Positions 54,150-63,891 of a DNA stretch of 64,000 bases are shown here, one piece after another. The stretch's first letter is position 1. Each line of letters starts with the position of its first letter. Origin of the DNA: a virus; IMG/VR virus record IMGVR_UViG_3300010371_000030, positions 1-64,000 of that record; one strand, given 5' to 3'. The position numbers and the translations under genes are program-made. Below the pieces are notes generated by a model. It was not told where the DNA came from. It did not search any database and saw nothing but the letters and a program-made list of their open reading frames with translations.

Positions 54150-54854
54150 TCAGGGCGCCGTGGGCTTCACCTTCGTGTAGAAGAACAGGAGCGAGTTCAC
54201 CAGCGCGTCGTCGGTGCCCAGCGTCCCGTTGTGGGGCTGCAGCGACACGGTGGCGGTGGCGGGGCCGCCGTTGGTGGGCAGGGCGAACGTTCCGCCCTCC
54301 ACCGACACCAAGACGTCCTGGATCGTGTTGGCGGTGGCGGTGGCGTTGAAGGCATTGGTCGTGCCCGAGAACGTGGGGCCGGCGCCGTCGGCGTCGCCCG
54401 GCAGCTGCTCCCACACCGAGATGTCGAAGGTGGTCGCGTCGCCCATCGTGGCGCCGGTCTTGGATCCGCGCACGAGGAAGCCGGCCGGCTGCGTGACGTC
54501 CATGTCGGCGGGAAGCAGCAGATCCATGAAGATGGCCGTCTGGGTGGCGGCATCGTTCCACCTGACGGCCATGTTCTTGCCGCCGTTCACCACCAGACCG
54601 GGGCTGCTCGTCGCCTGGTCGGTGAACTTGGCGAGCGGGGTGCCGTCCGCCAGGAGCGCTCCGCGGAGCCCGACCTTGAGCAGCGAGCCCGACAGATACA
54701 GCGCATCGATTGCCTCCACGACTGCGCCCAGAAACTCCTTGAGCGGCGATTCGCCCGTGTGGCTGTAGTCGTTGCCGGCGCCCGCCTCGCCGATGTCGTC
54801 CGGAACCTGGAGCCCGGAGGTGCCCGCGATGTTCGTCTCACCCTGATCCAGCAT
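54150..54854 (-). CDS. Hypothetical probable virion protein
   Basis: 234-aa T/G/A-rich ORF between sheath and tube. Confidence 0.7.
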   Translation of the reverse strand: MLDQGETNIAGTSGLQVPDDIGEAGAGNDYSHTGESPLKEFLGAVVEAIDALYLSGSLLKVGLRGALLADGTPLAKFTDQATSSPGLVVNGGKNMAVRWNDAATQTAIFMDLLLPADMDVTQPAGFLVRGSKTGATMGDATTFDISVWEQLPGDADGAGPTFSGTTNAFNATATANTIQDVLVSVEGGTFALPTNGGPATATVSLQPHNGTLGTDDALVNSLLFFYTKVKPTAP

Positions 54855-54913
54855 GTCTCTTCCACCCTGTCGAGGCGCCTATGGCGCGTTGAATGCCGAT
54901 GTTCCCTTGGCGC

Positions 54914-57250
54914 TCACGAAGCCGGCGCCGTGAAGATGCCCTGCTTGCCGATGCGGATGATGAGGCGCTCGGTGGTGTCGGCCAGCCACAGCGTCACCGA
55001 AGCGATCTTGTTCCCCGCGGCGCGCACGGCAGGCGTGTTGAGCTCGCTGTCGACCTTGATCACGGCAGCGTCGGTGAACTTGGTCCCCTGGAGAGCCCGC
55101 TTGTTCCACTCCGGGAGAAAGAAGTTGTTGAGCGCCGTCTTGACGGAGTTGTCCGACTGGCTGTCGTTGATGGCGAACACGATCCAGTCGAAGTTCTCCA
55201 GGAACACGTGTTCGTAGTACGACATCTGCTCACGCTGATGCTTCCACGTCCACGTCGTGTCGATGCAGATGGTACGGTCACCCCAGAGCACGTAGTTGCC
55301 GGCGGACTTCTTGATGATGCCGATGCCGACCGGGTTCAGGTCTTCCTCGTCCAGCTTCCGCGTGCCGGTGGGGAGCCTCAGAAGCCGGGGCAACGTCGCG
55401 TCCTGGCCCGCCTCTGCCTTGTGGTAGCCCTGCCAGTTGGCGGCCATCGACGCCTCGCGACCGTGGATCATGCCGGTGAGCGAGATGAGCTTCATCTTGC
55501 CTGCGTTGGCAGCGATGGGGTCCGGATCGGGCACGTAACCATACGACGGGTGCGTCACCACGCCCATGTCGCTACGCCCGAGCGTATCGTTGATGTACTC
55601 GATGACCTGGAAGTCGTCGTTCACGCCGATGTTGGACGGCACCTCGACTCTGTACTGGTAATTCTTGGCCTCGCAGTACGCCTTGCCCGCGTTCTGCACG
55701 GTGGTCGAGGTGATGCCCGGCGTGGCCATCTTCACGAGACCCAGATTCAGCCCGATCAGGTCGTTGTAGGGCGAAGCGTTGGTGTCCCACGGCACGGAGG
55801 TGTACGCCGCGTCGGAGATGTCCGCGTTGCCGTCGCGACCGCCGGTGAACTCCTGCGGCGCGACCACCATGAACTCGGTCGCCTCCGAGCCGGCGTTGCC
55901 GGTCATGGTCATGTCGTTGCCGCCCGCGATGGTGATGGTGTTGTGATCGTTGGCGACGATGCGGAATTTGGTGCGCTTGGCGTTCACCTTGTCGGGGTAC
56001 AGGTAGCCGCCCACGAGAGTGTTCGCCATGAGCGGCTTGAACACGATGGTGATCGTGTCGTTGGCGGCGAGCGCCGTGCCTCCGGCGGTGAGCGTGAACG
56101 GAGGCGCCCACGCGACATCCGGAGTGAAGAGTGTGCCCAGGTGGAGCGTTCCGGTGAAGGATCCATAGCGGTCGGACTTGACCGTGCCCTGGGTGGCGCT
56201 GGTCATCGTCACCGTGATGATCTGCGGCAGGTGGGCATCGGTGACGGTGCCGAGCGCGAAGGTGGGATCACCGCCGCCGACGCTGTTGACGCTGAACTCG
56301 TTGATGACCGCCGTGAGCACCGTCGGCTGCGACAGCGCGGCGGTCGTCATGCCGTACACGTTCGCCGGACGGACCGACGGCGTGTAAGCACCAGTCCACT
56401 CGTCGGTGACCGTGATCTCGTCGTTGCCCTGGTCGTTGTTGATGACGTTGACCCAGTAGTTGGGGGACGATGGATCGCAGTTCAGGTTGTCGTAGTTGTC
56501 CACGAGAGAACCATCGACGTACACCTGGAAGCTGAACTCTCCATCGCTGTCGTTCTGCCCATCTGCGATTGCGAGCGACAGCGCCTTGCTTCCGGTGAAG
56601 TTGGCCGCTTGCCCGTCGGTGTTATCCAACGTCAGGTAGTACCGCAGATCGGTCTGGGTGGCCATCGCAGTGGCCATCGTCGAATCGGCGGACACCGTGA
56701 TGACGCCTGCCGAAGTGTTGCCCACGATGGCGAACTTGGCGTTGGGGAGCGCATCGAAGATGAGCCAACCGCCCTTCCACTCGTCGGTCTTCCACGCGTT
56801 GGTGAGGTTGGTCGTGAGCGTGGTCTGTGCCACCTGGGAGAGATTGCTGATCTTGGCGGTCCAGCGCTTCCACTTGCCACCCCATCGGCCGCCGTTCGCG
56901 GCTTGCACGAGGCCCATCACGGTCTGCGTACCGGCGATGCGCGCGTACAGCACCATCTGTGCCGGCACCTCGTTGCCGTCCGTGACACGAACGGTGGCGA
57001 TGCCGCCCGCTCCGTTGGCCAGGTTGTAGAAGTCCTGCGCGGCGTCGGGCAGCAGCGACTCCGGGATGATCCCGCCATGTCGCTTCGCCCACAGCGTGCT
57101 CGTCGCGCAGATGGACAGCTTGTTGACGGGGCCCTTCTCCAGCAGGCCGGTGTAGCCGACCCAACCGAGCGCGGCCGGCGTGATGCCGGCGCCGTCGCTC
57201 TGTTCCTCCACCCGGACGCCTGCGGCACGGACTGCTCCAAACGTTCTCAT
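54914..57250 (-). CDS. Contractile tail sheath protein
   Basis: AGVRVEE, GLLEKGP, FTGGRDG, YHKAEAG, LNPVGI, YVLWGDRT and WIVFAIND. Confidence 0.95.
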   Translation of the reverse strand: MRTFGAVRAAGVRVEEQSDGAGITPAALGWVGYTGLLEKGPVNKLSICATSTLWAKRHGGIIPESLLPDAAQDFYNLANGAGGIATVRVTDGNEVPAQMVLYARIAGTQTVMGLVQAANGGRWGGKWKRWTAKISNLSQVAQTTLTTNLTNAWKTDEWKGGWLIFDALPNAKFAIVGNTSAGVITVSADSTMATAMATQTDLRYYLTLDNTDGQAANFTGSKALSLAIADGQNDSDGEFSFQVYVDGSLVDNYDNLNCDPSSPNYWVNVINNDQGNDEITVTDEWTGAYTPSVRPANVYGMTTAALSQPTVLTAVINEFSVNSVGGGDPTFALGTVTDAHLPQIITVTMTSATQGTVKSDRYGSFTGTLHLGTLFTPDVAWAPPFTLTAGGTALAANDTITIVFKPLMANTLVGGYLYPDKVNAKRTKFRIVANDHNTITIAGGNDMTMTGNAGSEATEFMVVAPQEFTGGRDGNADISDAAYTSVPWDTNASPYNDLIGLNLGLVKMATPGITSTTVQNAGKAYCEAKNYQYRVEVPSNIGVNDDFQVIEYINDTLGRSDMGVVTHPSYGYVPDPDPIAANAGKMKLISLTGMIHGREASMAANWQGYHKAEAGQDATLPRLLRLPTGTRKLDEEDLNPVGIGIIKKSAGNYVLWGDRTICIDTTWTWKHQREQMSYYEHVFLENFDWIVFAINDSQSDNSVKTALNNFFLPEWNKRALQGTKFTDAAVIKVDSELNTPAVRAAGNKIASVTLWLADTTERLIIRIGKQGIFTAPAS

Positions 57251-57268
57251 GGCCTGTTAACTCCTCTG

Positions 57269-58537
57269 TCAGCCTGGAATCTTGAGGTTGCCCGAGCCAC
57301 CGAATTGAAGTGGGTTGATCGTGGCGAACACCTGCTCAGCTTCTACCAAGTAGAATACTGCGTTGGTGATTCGGACAGCGACCCGCGCACCATGAAGACC
57401 AGCGGCGCTCGGGACAGTTTTCTGCTCGACGTCTCGATCAACGATCATGGTGAACTCTTCATCGAGACCCACGACCGTCAGAAGCGTGTTGTTCCAGAAG
57501 AATGAAGTGAATGCCTCCGCCATCCGCTGTGCATCCTTCTCCTTGTCCGTGATCATGCGGATGTCCATCGCCAAATCGACTTGGGTGCCCAACGGCAACT
57601 TCCAGCCCGCCCCCGTCGCCCGATTGAAGCACGTGTCCGAACCAAGAATGTAACGCATGTTTTCTTGGTTGACGTTCTCAATGTTGAGCGCCGGGAGCCG
57701 CGCGACCTGGCTGAACTCTTGGTCCGTCGTCAGCGACACGACAGGACTGTAGATGAACCTCACATGGAGACGGTCGCCCACGCTTCCTGGCGTCGTCAGA
57801 GCGACCGTCATCGTGGTCGGATTCCACGCGCCCGAGATGTCCGTGAGCATCGTCGGGTCCGTGGTCAGGTTATACACGGAATCGATGCCAGTAATGACGT
57901 ACTTCGTGGGCGTTTTGATGGTTACTTGGCCAAGATTGTCACTCTGCTGGAGCGCGTAGGTGTAGTCAGCGATAGGCTGGACTCCGGCCTGGAGCGCAGG
58001 CATGAAGGACCTGACCACATAGCTCTCGATGTATTCGATGTCAGAGAGCCACAGGACCTTGATCCAGAACACCTGCGGGGTGTACGCCGGATTGGTCGTG
58101 GACAGATTGATGACCACTTGGATGCCGCCGTTGGCCATCGGAAACGAGGCGATGTTGTTCGCCACGTCCGCCTCGGTGTTCCACTCGCCCGTATTCGCCG
58201 CGCGCCAGCTCGCTCCGTCCCAATAGAGTTCATCGGTGCCATCGGTAGACAGCCTGAACTTAGCGAATGTAACCTGTGCCTTGTTCACCGTGAACTGATT
58301 GTCATTGAGCTCAAATCCAATACACTGCTTCATCGTCGTGGGACGCACGAGACGCGTCTTCACATACAAGCCGGAGGTGGTCGGGAACACCCCGGGCGCC
58401 GTCGGGACCAGCTCCAGGCGCGGCTGCGACAGCGGATCATCGGCGTTCAACCGAGTATTCGGCCCCAGCGTGAGCTTGGGCAAGCTGTTCGGATTGAACG
58501 TGTGGGTGGTGATCAGCTTCTTGAGTCGCCTGCTCAT
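57269..58537 (-). CDS. Probable tail terminator / neck protein with N-terminal extension
   Basis: Position immediately upstream of the sheath gene. Confidence 0.5.
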   Translation of the reverse strand: MSRRLKKLITTHTFNPNSLPKLTLGPNTRLNADDPLSQPRLELVPTAPGVFPTTSGLYVKTRLVRPTTMKQCIGFELNDNQFTVNKAQVTFAKFRLSTDGTDELYWDGASWRAANTGEWNTEADVANNIASFPMANGGIQVVINLSTTNPAYTPQVFWIKVLWLSDIEYIESYVVRSFMPALQAGVQPIADYTYALQQSDNLGQVTIKTPTKYVITGIDSVYNLTTDPTMLTDISGAWNPTTMTVALTTPGSVGDRLHVRFIYSPVVSLTTDQEFSQVARLPALNIENVNQENMRYILGSDTCFNRATGAGWKLPLGTQVDLAMDIRMITDKEKDAQRMAEAFTSFFWNNTLLTVVGLDEEFTMIVDRDVEQKTVPSAAGLHGARVAVRITNAVFYLVEAEQVFATINPLQFGGSGNLKIPG

Positions 58538-59400
58538 TTGAACGCCTTGCGGATGGAACGATTGACCACCTTAGTCACGCGACGACCGACCTTCTTGCCC
58601 GTACGCGTGACGGTCCTGTTGGCTCTCTTGCCGAACTTTGCCACCGACTTGCCCGCCTTCTTGGCGCGCCTGGCTAGAGTCCTGCGGAGACCGCGCGTGC
58701 TGCGCTCTAGGCGCTTCGCCGTCTTGGCTGCCTTCTTGGCGGCCTTGATCGCTTTGCCAACGATGGTCTTGTCGGCGGCTCTACCGGCCAGCTCGGCAAA
58801 CACGGCTTCGATGGCCTGCTCCCAATTGAGCATGATCTTAGCCTTGAAACTGGCATCGTTGAGTGTAATTGACACCCAAGGACGGCCAGGAGTGGTGATA
58901 ACGGTCGTGCCATCTTCCAGCGGATACCAACCGCCGGGGCGACGATTCCACAACTCCGCGGCTCGCCCGGTCAGCTGGTCCGGGCGAATGGCCCCCGTGC
59001 TCGCCTTCCAGAGGTAGAAGAACATGCCGCGCATCGCAGGCGTGACCTTTGTTTGGAATCCATCGTGGAGCGCCTGTGCGAGATTGAAGCCTTCCTCGTC
59101 TTGCTTGAGGACTCCGGCAAACACCGTGTACTCGTCAACCACTTCGTACGTCTGGCTACCGTACAGATCGGCGAAGTCCACGAGCGGCTTGCTGGAGCCC
59201 TTGATAAACACCGTCAATGCCGCGTTCGCGGCCATCCCCCTGCTCGTCGCGATGGTCTCTCGGAGCGCCTTGGCCGCGGTCATTCCATTGAGCTCGGTGG
59301 CTTTGGCCATGTGCCTCTTGAGCACACGCTCGAATCGCCGCGGATCGCACGCTGCTTGGTACTCCTTGAACCCAAACTTCACCACCCGAGCGGGCATCAC
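58534..59400 (-). CDS. Neck / tail-completion (virion morphogenesis-like) protein with a very basic C-terminal tail
   Basis: KGSSKPLVD, LHDG, ITTPGRPW; K/R-rich last ~75 aa. Confidence 0.6.
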   Translation of the reverse strand: MMPARVVKFGFKEYQAACDPRRFERVLKRHMAKATELNGMTAAKALRETIATSRGMAANAALTVFIKGSSKPLVDFADLYGSQTYEVVDEYTVFAGVLKQDEEGFNLAQALHDGFQTKVTPAMRGMFFYLWKASTGAIRPDQLTGRAAELWNRRPGGWYPLEDGTTVITTPGRPWVSITLNDASFKAKIMLNWEQAIEAVFAELAGRAADKTIVGKAIKAAKKAAKTAKRLERSTRGLRRTLARRAKKAGKSVAKFGKRANRTVTRTGKKVGRRVTKVVNRSIRKAFK

Positions 59401-59810
59401 GTGCCTCGGACGGGTTGGCGATCCTTGAAGAATGCCTTGACCATGGCCGCTCCGAACGCACTGGGATAGTGCGCCATCGGCTCCAGCCGGGCGATGTACA
59501 CCTCGCGCGTCACCATGTTGGGCCCATCCCCGAAGGTGACAAAACGATCGTCAATGTGTAGGGTGATGTTCAGGAAGCGCAGATCCAGCGTACGAAAGAC
59601 CACATAGCCGTCGGAATCGTCCTGCGTACCAATACGAGTGATGTCCAGACCGGCTTCCGTTCCCCAGAACACCTGTCCTTGGCAGTAGACCGTGTCGCCG
59701 AACGTCCCGCCCTGGACGGGCTCCCGATAGCCAGGATCTTCCTCGGCCACGCCCCTCTGAAAGGACTGGATGCCAATTCGGACGGGGTGCTGAAGGTTGG
59801 GCGAGGTCAT
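59397..59810 (-). CDS. Probable head closure protein
   Basis: Start MTSPNL coupled (ATGA) to the adaptor stop; size and position. Confidence 0.55.
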   Translation of the reverse strand: MTSPNLQHPVRIGIQSFQRGVAEEDPGYREPVQGGTFGDTVYCQGQVFWGTEAGLDITRIGTQDDSDGYVVFRTLDLRFLNITLHIDDRFVTFGDGPNMVTREVYIARLEPMAHYPSAFGAAMVKAFFKDRQPVRGT

Positions 59811-60604
59811 CGGATGTAACTGACGTTGGCTGGCGCGGCCATCGCGATGGGCGAACGGTAAGCCTTCATCGTGAGGAGCACCTCTGGATTGTTCGTCCAC
59901 CCGGCCCATGCCGACGGCCGGACAGTCTTGGTGTTCCCACCGGCGAGCACATACTTGATGTAGTGCCCATCGGTCCCTTCCTCCTGGATGTTCCCGAGCA
60001 CCGGAGGAAGGGGCGGAGCGGGGCTGGCCGGATTCACGTACACCGGGGTGAGCAGTTTCTCCAGCGTCAGAAGCAGCATCGCACGCTTGATGGGCTCGGG
60101 CACAGAGCCGTCCGGCTCTGTGTAGCCGAAGGTGCCATTGACCACCTGGTTCTGACGCCCTTTGCGGAACAGCATCCGACCAATCTGCATCGGCGCGACA
60201 TAGATGTCCATGTCGCCGTGCCTATTGTCGAGCAGCTTGATCCGCGGGTTGTCCCGGTCTGCAGGGTTGTTGTACACTCGATAGTACATGCGATCCAGCG
60301 GGCATTCGCCCGGCACGTCCCACATCGAGTTGAGCCAGAGTTGGTCGACAGAGATGATCGCGACGGGCAGATGAAGCGCGTCGCTGTCAGTCCCATCGAA
60401 CACCATCTGAAGTCGCTGTGGATAGAACCACTGGCGAGTCGCGCGCTCGATGTACGCCTGCGCCAGGCGAATGGCGCCCACGATCTGTAGGTCGGTGACC
60501 GTGTCCGGAATGCCCACCGCCCGTACATCCGACACATCGATGTACGGGAGCGGCGGAAACGGCGCCGGAGCGGGCGGAGGGAACGGAGGCACGGACCCGC
60601 TCAT
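59807..60604 (-). CDS. Head-tail adaptor protein
   Basis: YIDVSDVR, AQAYIERATRQWF and TFGY...VPEPIKRA. Confidence 0.75.
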   Translation of the reverse strand: MSGSVPPFPPPAPAPFPPLPYIDVSDVRAVGIPDTVTDLQIVGAIRLAQAYIERATRQWFYPQRLQMVFDGTDSDALHLPVAIISVDQLWLNSMWDVPGECPLDRMYYRVYNNPADRDNPRIKLLDNRHGDMDIYVAPMQIGRMLFRKGRQNQVVNGTFGYTEPDGSVPEPIKRAMLLLTLEKLLTPVYVNPASPAPPLPPVLGNIQEEGTDGHYIKYVLAGGNTKTVRPSAWAGWTNNPEVLLTMKAYRSPIAMAAPANVSYIR

Positions 60605-60607
60605 GGC

Positions 60608-61078
60608 TCAGAGCACTCCGGACCAGAGCGCCTTGTTCACCGGCGCCCAACCATCGGCGCCCTGCCCCGGGATGGGCTCCGCGTGCTCCACGGGGCCGCC
60701 TTTGCCCTTGTACGTCTTGACGACCGTCTTGGGCTTGTAAGTGGTGACGCGCTGAACTTCGGACAGGTTGCTGAAGGTGAACACGCCCGTTTCGGCGTCG
60801 CGTTCGTACGTAGCGGCGCTGTACATGTACTTGCCGCGCTTGTCCTCGCTCTTGCTGTAGATGTTGACGCTGAGGACGACCACCGAGGAATACACGTCCA
60901 CCACGTACGCGTAATCCTGCTTGGGGTCCATCTTCAGCTGATCCATCACCCACTTGCGCGCGGCGTCGCTCATCGCCTGGGTGAAGTCCTGAACGGACTC
61001 CCCTGTCACGAGCGGGATGTTGGCCTTGTGGACCACCGTCTCGTGCGTTACCTGCTTCTGTTCACCTTGGTCGCTCAT
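60608..61078 (-). CDS. Hypothetical head-region protein ending PVNKALWSGVL
   Basis: 156-aa ORF with its own putative promoter. Confidence 0.75.
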   Translation of the reverse strand: MSDQGEQKQVTHETVVHKANIPLVTGESVQDFTQAMSDAARKWVMDQLKMDPKQDYAYVVDVYSSVVVLSVNIYSKSEDKRGKYMYSAATYERDAETGVFTFSNLSEVQRVTTYKPKTVVKTYKGKGGPVEHAEPIPGQGADGWAPVNKALWSGVL

Positions 61079-61100
61079 GGTCGCTTCCCTTCGCTTGTCG

Positions 61101-61129
61101 ATTGTCGCCTAAACAGTGGCGACGGACAA
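61101..61129 (-). promoter_or_regulatory. Putative promoter TTGTCC-N17-GACAAT overlapped by an inverted repeat
   Basis: Intergenic; GTCGCC-N8-GGCGAC dyad with outer CTTGTC/GACAAG arms. Confidence 0.45.
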
Positions 61130-61151
61130 GCCGCGGAGCGCCGGGAGCGAG

Positions 61152-61490
61152 CTAGCGCGGGCGACCTACACGAGACATGGCGATGCGCATGGACGCGCAA
61201 TTCTTGTGAGACATGACTACCAACTTGACGCCATTGGCAACGATGGTCAATCGTTCGCCGCCGTTCTGCCCGACGTCAGGCGCTACACACTCCATCCGAA
61301 TAGACGGGTGATCGAAGCCAACGGGGCGAATGATGCTGGCTTGGTATCCGTGTGGTGACACCATCGTTACGGCCGTCAACGACAGCTGTACTTCAGAACG
61401 CGCGAGCTTTGGAAGCCACTCGCGCGCCTGATCCTCGCTGGCTAGGTCGACCGCTACGGTGCGGCCATCGTCGTGGTGGAGCTTGAACAT
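61152..61490 (-). CDS. Hypothetical protein
   Basis: 112-aa ORF in gene order. Confidence 0.55.
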   Translation of the reverse strand: MFKLHHDDGRTVAVDLASEDQAREWLPKLARSEVQLSLTAVTMVSPHGYQASIIRPVGFDHPSIRMECVAPDVGQNGGERLTIVANGVKLVVMSHKNCASMRIAMSRVGRPR

Positions 61491-61515
61491 CGCGCAACCG
61501 GATGCGCGCGGCGAG

Positions 61516-62073
61516 TCACTTCTTGTGGAACGGGTTGCCGTCCGACTTGGCCTCCGGCGCAGTCGGCGAAGCGGCGACCGGGGCAGGCGTCGAGACGGCC
61601 GGAGCGGGCTCGGGCTGCGCCGGAGGCGTGGCGGGAGCGACTGCGGTGGACTCGGGCTTGGCCGCGGCGGCCGGACCGCCGGACTGCGCCGGAGGCGTGG
61701 CGGGACGCACGATGTCGAGGATCACGACCTGCTTGGCCATGCCCGGCGCCTTCTGGAGCAGGTTCAGCTCGTCCTTGGTCACGGTGCGCGTGGAGTTGGG
61801 CTGAACGTGAAAGGCGCCAGTCCGCCCCTCCGCCCGCTTGATCTTCGCCGGCATCTCCACCTGGATCACCGGCGCCGTCGGGCGGAACTGGATGTGATAC
61901 AGCTGGTCGGGCGTGTGGTCCGCGGCCACGCGCGACACGCGCTCCATCACCGGCCTGTGACGACCGCCGCCGCCGCTCATCGTGTAGGTTCCACCACCGC
62001 TCTCCTGTACGACGTCGACACCATCGACGCACAGGACCGCACCCACCGCCACGCTGTTCACGTTCGCCGACAT
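61516..62073 (-). CDS. Hypothetical protein with Pro/Ala-rich tail
   Basis: 185-aa ORF with GAGGGG RBS. Confidence 0.7.
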   Translation of the reverse strand: MSANVNSVAVGAVLCVDGVDVVQESGGGTYTMSGGGGRHRPVMERVSRVAADHTPDQLYHIQFRPTAPVIQVEMPAKIKRAEGRTGAFHVQPNSTRTVTKDELNLLQKAPGMAKQVVILDIVRPATPPAQSGGPAAAAKPESTAVAPATPPAQPEPAPAVSTPAPVAASPTAPEAKSDGNPFHKK

Positions 62074-62079
62074 GGCCCC

Positions 62080-62613
62080 TCACTCCTCGGCCGGAGTCAC
62101 CGCCGCCATCATGGCGTCGATGATGGCCGTCTTGGTCATGCTGAGGTTGATCTTGACGCCCATGGCGGGCAACCCGTCCGCCTGGGCTCGCTGGATGAGT
62201 TGGCTCTTGTTGAGCACTTCCAGCTCCGCGCGAGCGTACGACGGCAGCGCCGTGGGCTCGCCCTCCGTGGTCTCCTCGGCCGGCTCCTCGCCCTCGGACG
62301 CCTCGGGCTCTCCCTCGGCCGGCTCCTCGGACTCGTCTGCTGCCTCGGTGCCACCCTCCTGCTCCTCGGAATCGGGCGCGGCTTCGTCGGCCTGCTCGAC
62401 AGGCTCGGGCGCCTTCGTGCTGGCAGCGCGCGCGTCGAGGGAGCCCGACAGGATCGTGATCTCCACGCACCCACAGGACATGTAATGCCTGATCTCGGCG
62501 GGGTTGGCGGAGATGATGGACGAGCCCTTGAGGAGGGTGCGCCCATTGCTGGTGAACGACTGCGGGCCCGTCTCCTTGATCTGGATACGGGCGCTGAGAG
62601 GTGCATGTGCCAT
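62080..62613 (-). CDS. Hypothetical protein with acidic linker and C-terminal HeH/Rho-N-like domain
   Basis: ELEVLNKSQLIQRAQADG...SMTKTAIIDAM; such proteins commonly follow the capsid gene. Confidence 0.7.
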   Translation of the reverse strand: MAHAPLSARIQIKETGPQSFTSNGRTLLKGSSIISANPAEIRHYMSCGCVEITILSGSLDARAASTKAPEPVEQADEAAPDSEEQEGGTEAADESEEPAEGEPEASEGEEPAEETTEGEPTALPSYARAELEVLNKSQLIQRAQADGLPAMGVKINLSMTKTAIIDAMMAAVTPAEE

Positions 62614-62630
62614 GGCTGATCTCCCGGGGC

Positions 62631-62677
62631 GCTCGGGCGACGCCCCGCCATTACGTCAGCGGGGCGCCGTCGCGAGC
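62631..62677 (-). terminator. GC-rich hairpin after the major capsid gene
   Basis: CGCCCCGC/GCGGGGCG arms with outer GCTCG/CGAGC; no clear U-tract. Confidence 0.45.
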
Positions 62678-62685
62678 AGCGGAGG

Positions 62686-63891
62686 CTACAGGTTGAGACC
62701 GATGTTGTGCCCGTAGGCCACGGCGTCGACTTCCTCCAGCTGGACGTCGACCTTGGTGGTGATGGCGTACTGGTTCACGCCCTTGAAGATGTCGCGATCC
62801 TTCTCGATGCGGACGTCGCGACCGATGCCGATGATCATGTTGTCCTTGTGGGTCAGCATGATCGTCGGGTTGGACTGGTAGGTGACCTTGACGGTCGCCC
62901 CGCTGCTGATGCCGCCGCCGACGCGCGTGATGCCGCCGCCGCTGTAGTCCACCGTGTAGTCGGTGTTCTCCACGTACGGCGTGACGGGCGTGTTCCCGAG
63001 CGTCACGGGGGTGACGACCACGTTGGTCACGGGCCCGTGGAGGAGCGACGTCTTGGTGGTGCCGGTGAGGACGATGTGCTCCACGACGATGGGCTGGAGC
63101 GCCCAGAGCGGGACGGGCACCGCCTTGATCCCGAACGGGCCCTGGAGCTGATCGGGCGTCTGGGTGGCCGCGTCGTCACCGAGCTTGCCGATGCGCGTGG
63201 CCATCTTCTCCTGGAACATCTGCCACAGGTCCGGGCTGAGGAACCAGCGCAGGTCCTGGAGGCGCCGACGGAACTTGATCGGCAGAGCGCGCATGATCTT
63301 GCCGAACACGCTCAGACCGATGTTCTGCCCCTGGAGGTCCACGACGTGGCCGGTCATGCCCAGCTTCTGCCAACCGTCGACCAGCGCCACGAAGGTGTCC
63401 TTGATGTAGCGCGTGCTGTCGCCGCCGTCGATGAGGTCGGACTCCAGGCGAGCGGGACCGAGCTTGTTGCCGGTGATGTACTGCTCCTCCAGGTCGTTGC
63501 CCGTCTGGGTCGCCATGAGGCGCACGATGGTGTCTTCGACATCGCGCCCCTCGATGTTGATCTCCGCGAAGATGTCGCTGATCTCGAAAGGCGTCATGAC
63601 CTCGTGCGGCTGGAGGGTCACCTTGGAGGTGGTGACGCCGCGACGGCGGCGCGGATCGGTCGCCTCCGACTTGGCCATGGCCGCGCGCTTCCCGACGCCG
63701 ATCTTGTCGATCTCCAACGTCTCGTTGGTGAAGCGCACCACGCGAGCGTTGTTGCGAAGGATGGTGATGTCGATGACGTAATCGATGAACTTGTTCGACT
63801 GCGCCGGGTTGAGCTTGCCTGCCGTGGCCAGCGCGTCGGTGGTGACCACCGCCTTGTTGACCAACTCTTCGTTCGTGACGCCCGTGCTCAT
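62686..63891 (-). CDS. Major capsid protein (HK97 fold)
   Basis: GKLNPAQSNKFID, EIDKIGVG, EINIEG, GNDLEE, IIGIGRDVRIEKDRD and DVQLEEVDAV. Confidence 0.92.
   Translation of the reverse strand: MSTGVTNEELVNKAVVTTDALATAGKLNPAQSNKFIDYVIDITILRNNARVVRFTNETLEIDKIGVGKRAAMAKSEATDPRRRRGVTTSKVTLQPHEVMTPFEISDIFAEINIEGRDVEDTIVRLMATQTGNDLEEQYITGNKLGPARLESDLIDGGDSTRYIKDTFVALVDGWQKLGMTGHVVDLQGQNIGLSVFGKIMRALPIKFRRRLQDLRWFLSPDLWQMFQEKMATRIGKLGDDAATQTPDQLQGPFGIKAVPVPLWALQPIVVEHIVLTGTTKTSLLHGPVTNVVVTPVTLGNTPVTPYVENTDYTVDYSGGGITRVGGGISSGATVKVTYQSNPTIMLTHKDNMIIGIGRDVRIEKDRDIFKGVNQYAITTKVDVQLEEVDAVAYGHNIGLNL

Noticed and set aside
43349-57250. Stand-alone contractile injection system / tailocin
   Set aside because: Capsid, head-tail and replication genes are contiguous with it, so this is a phage tail module
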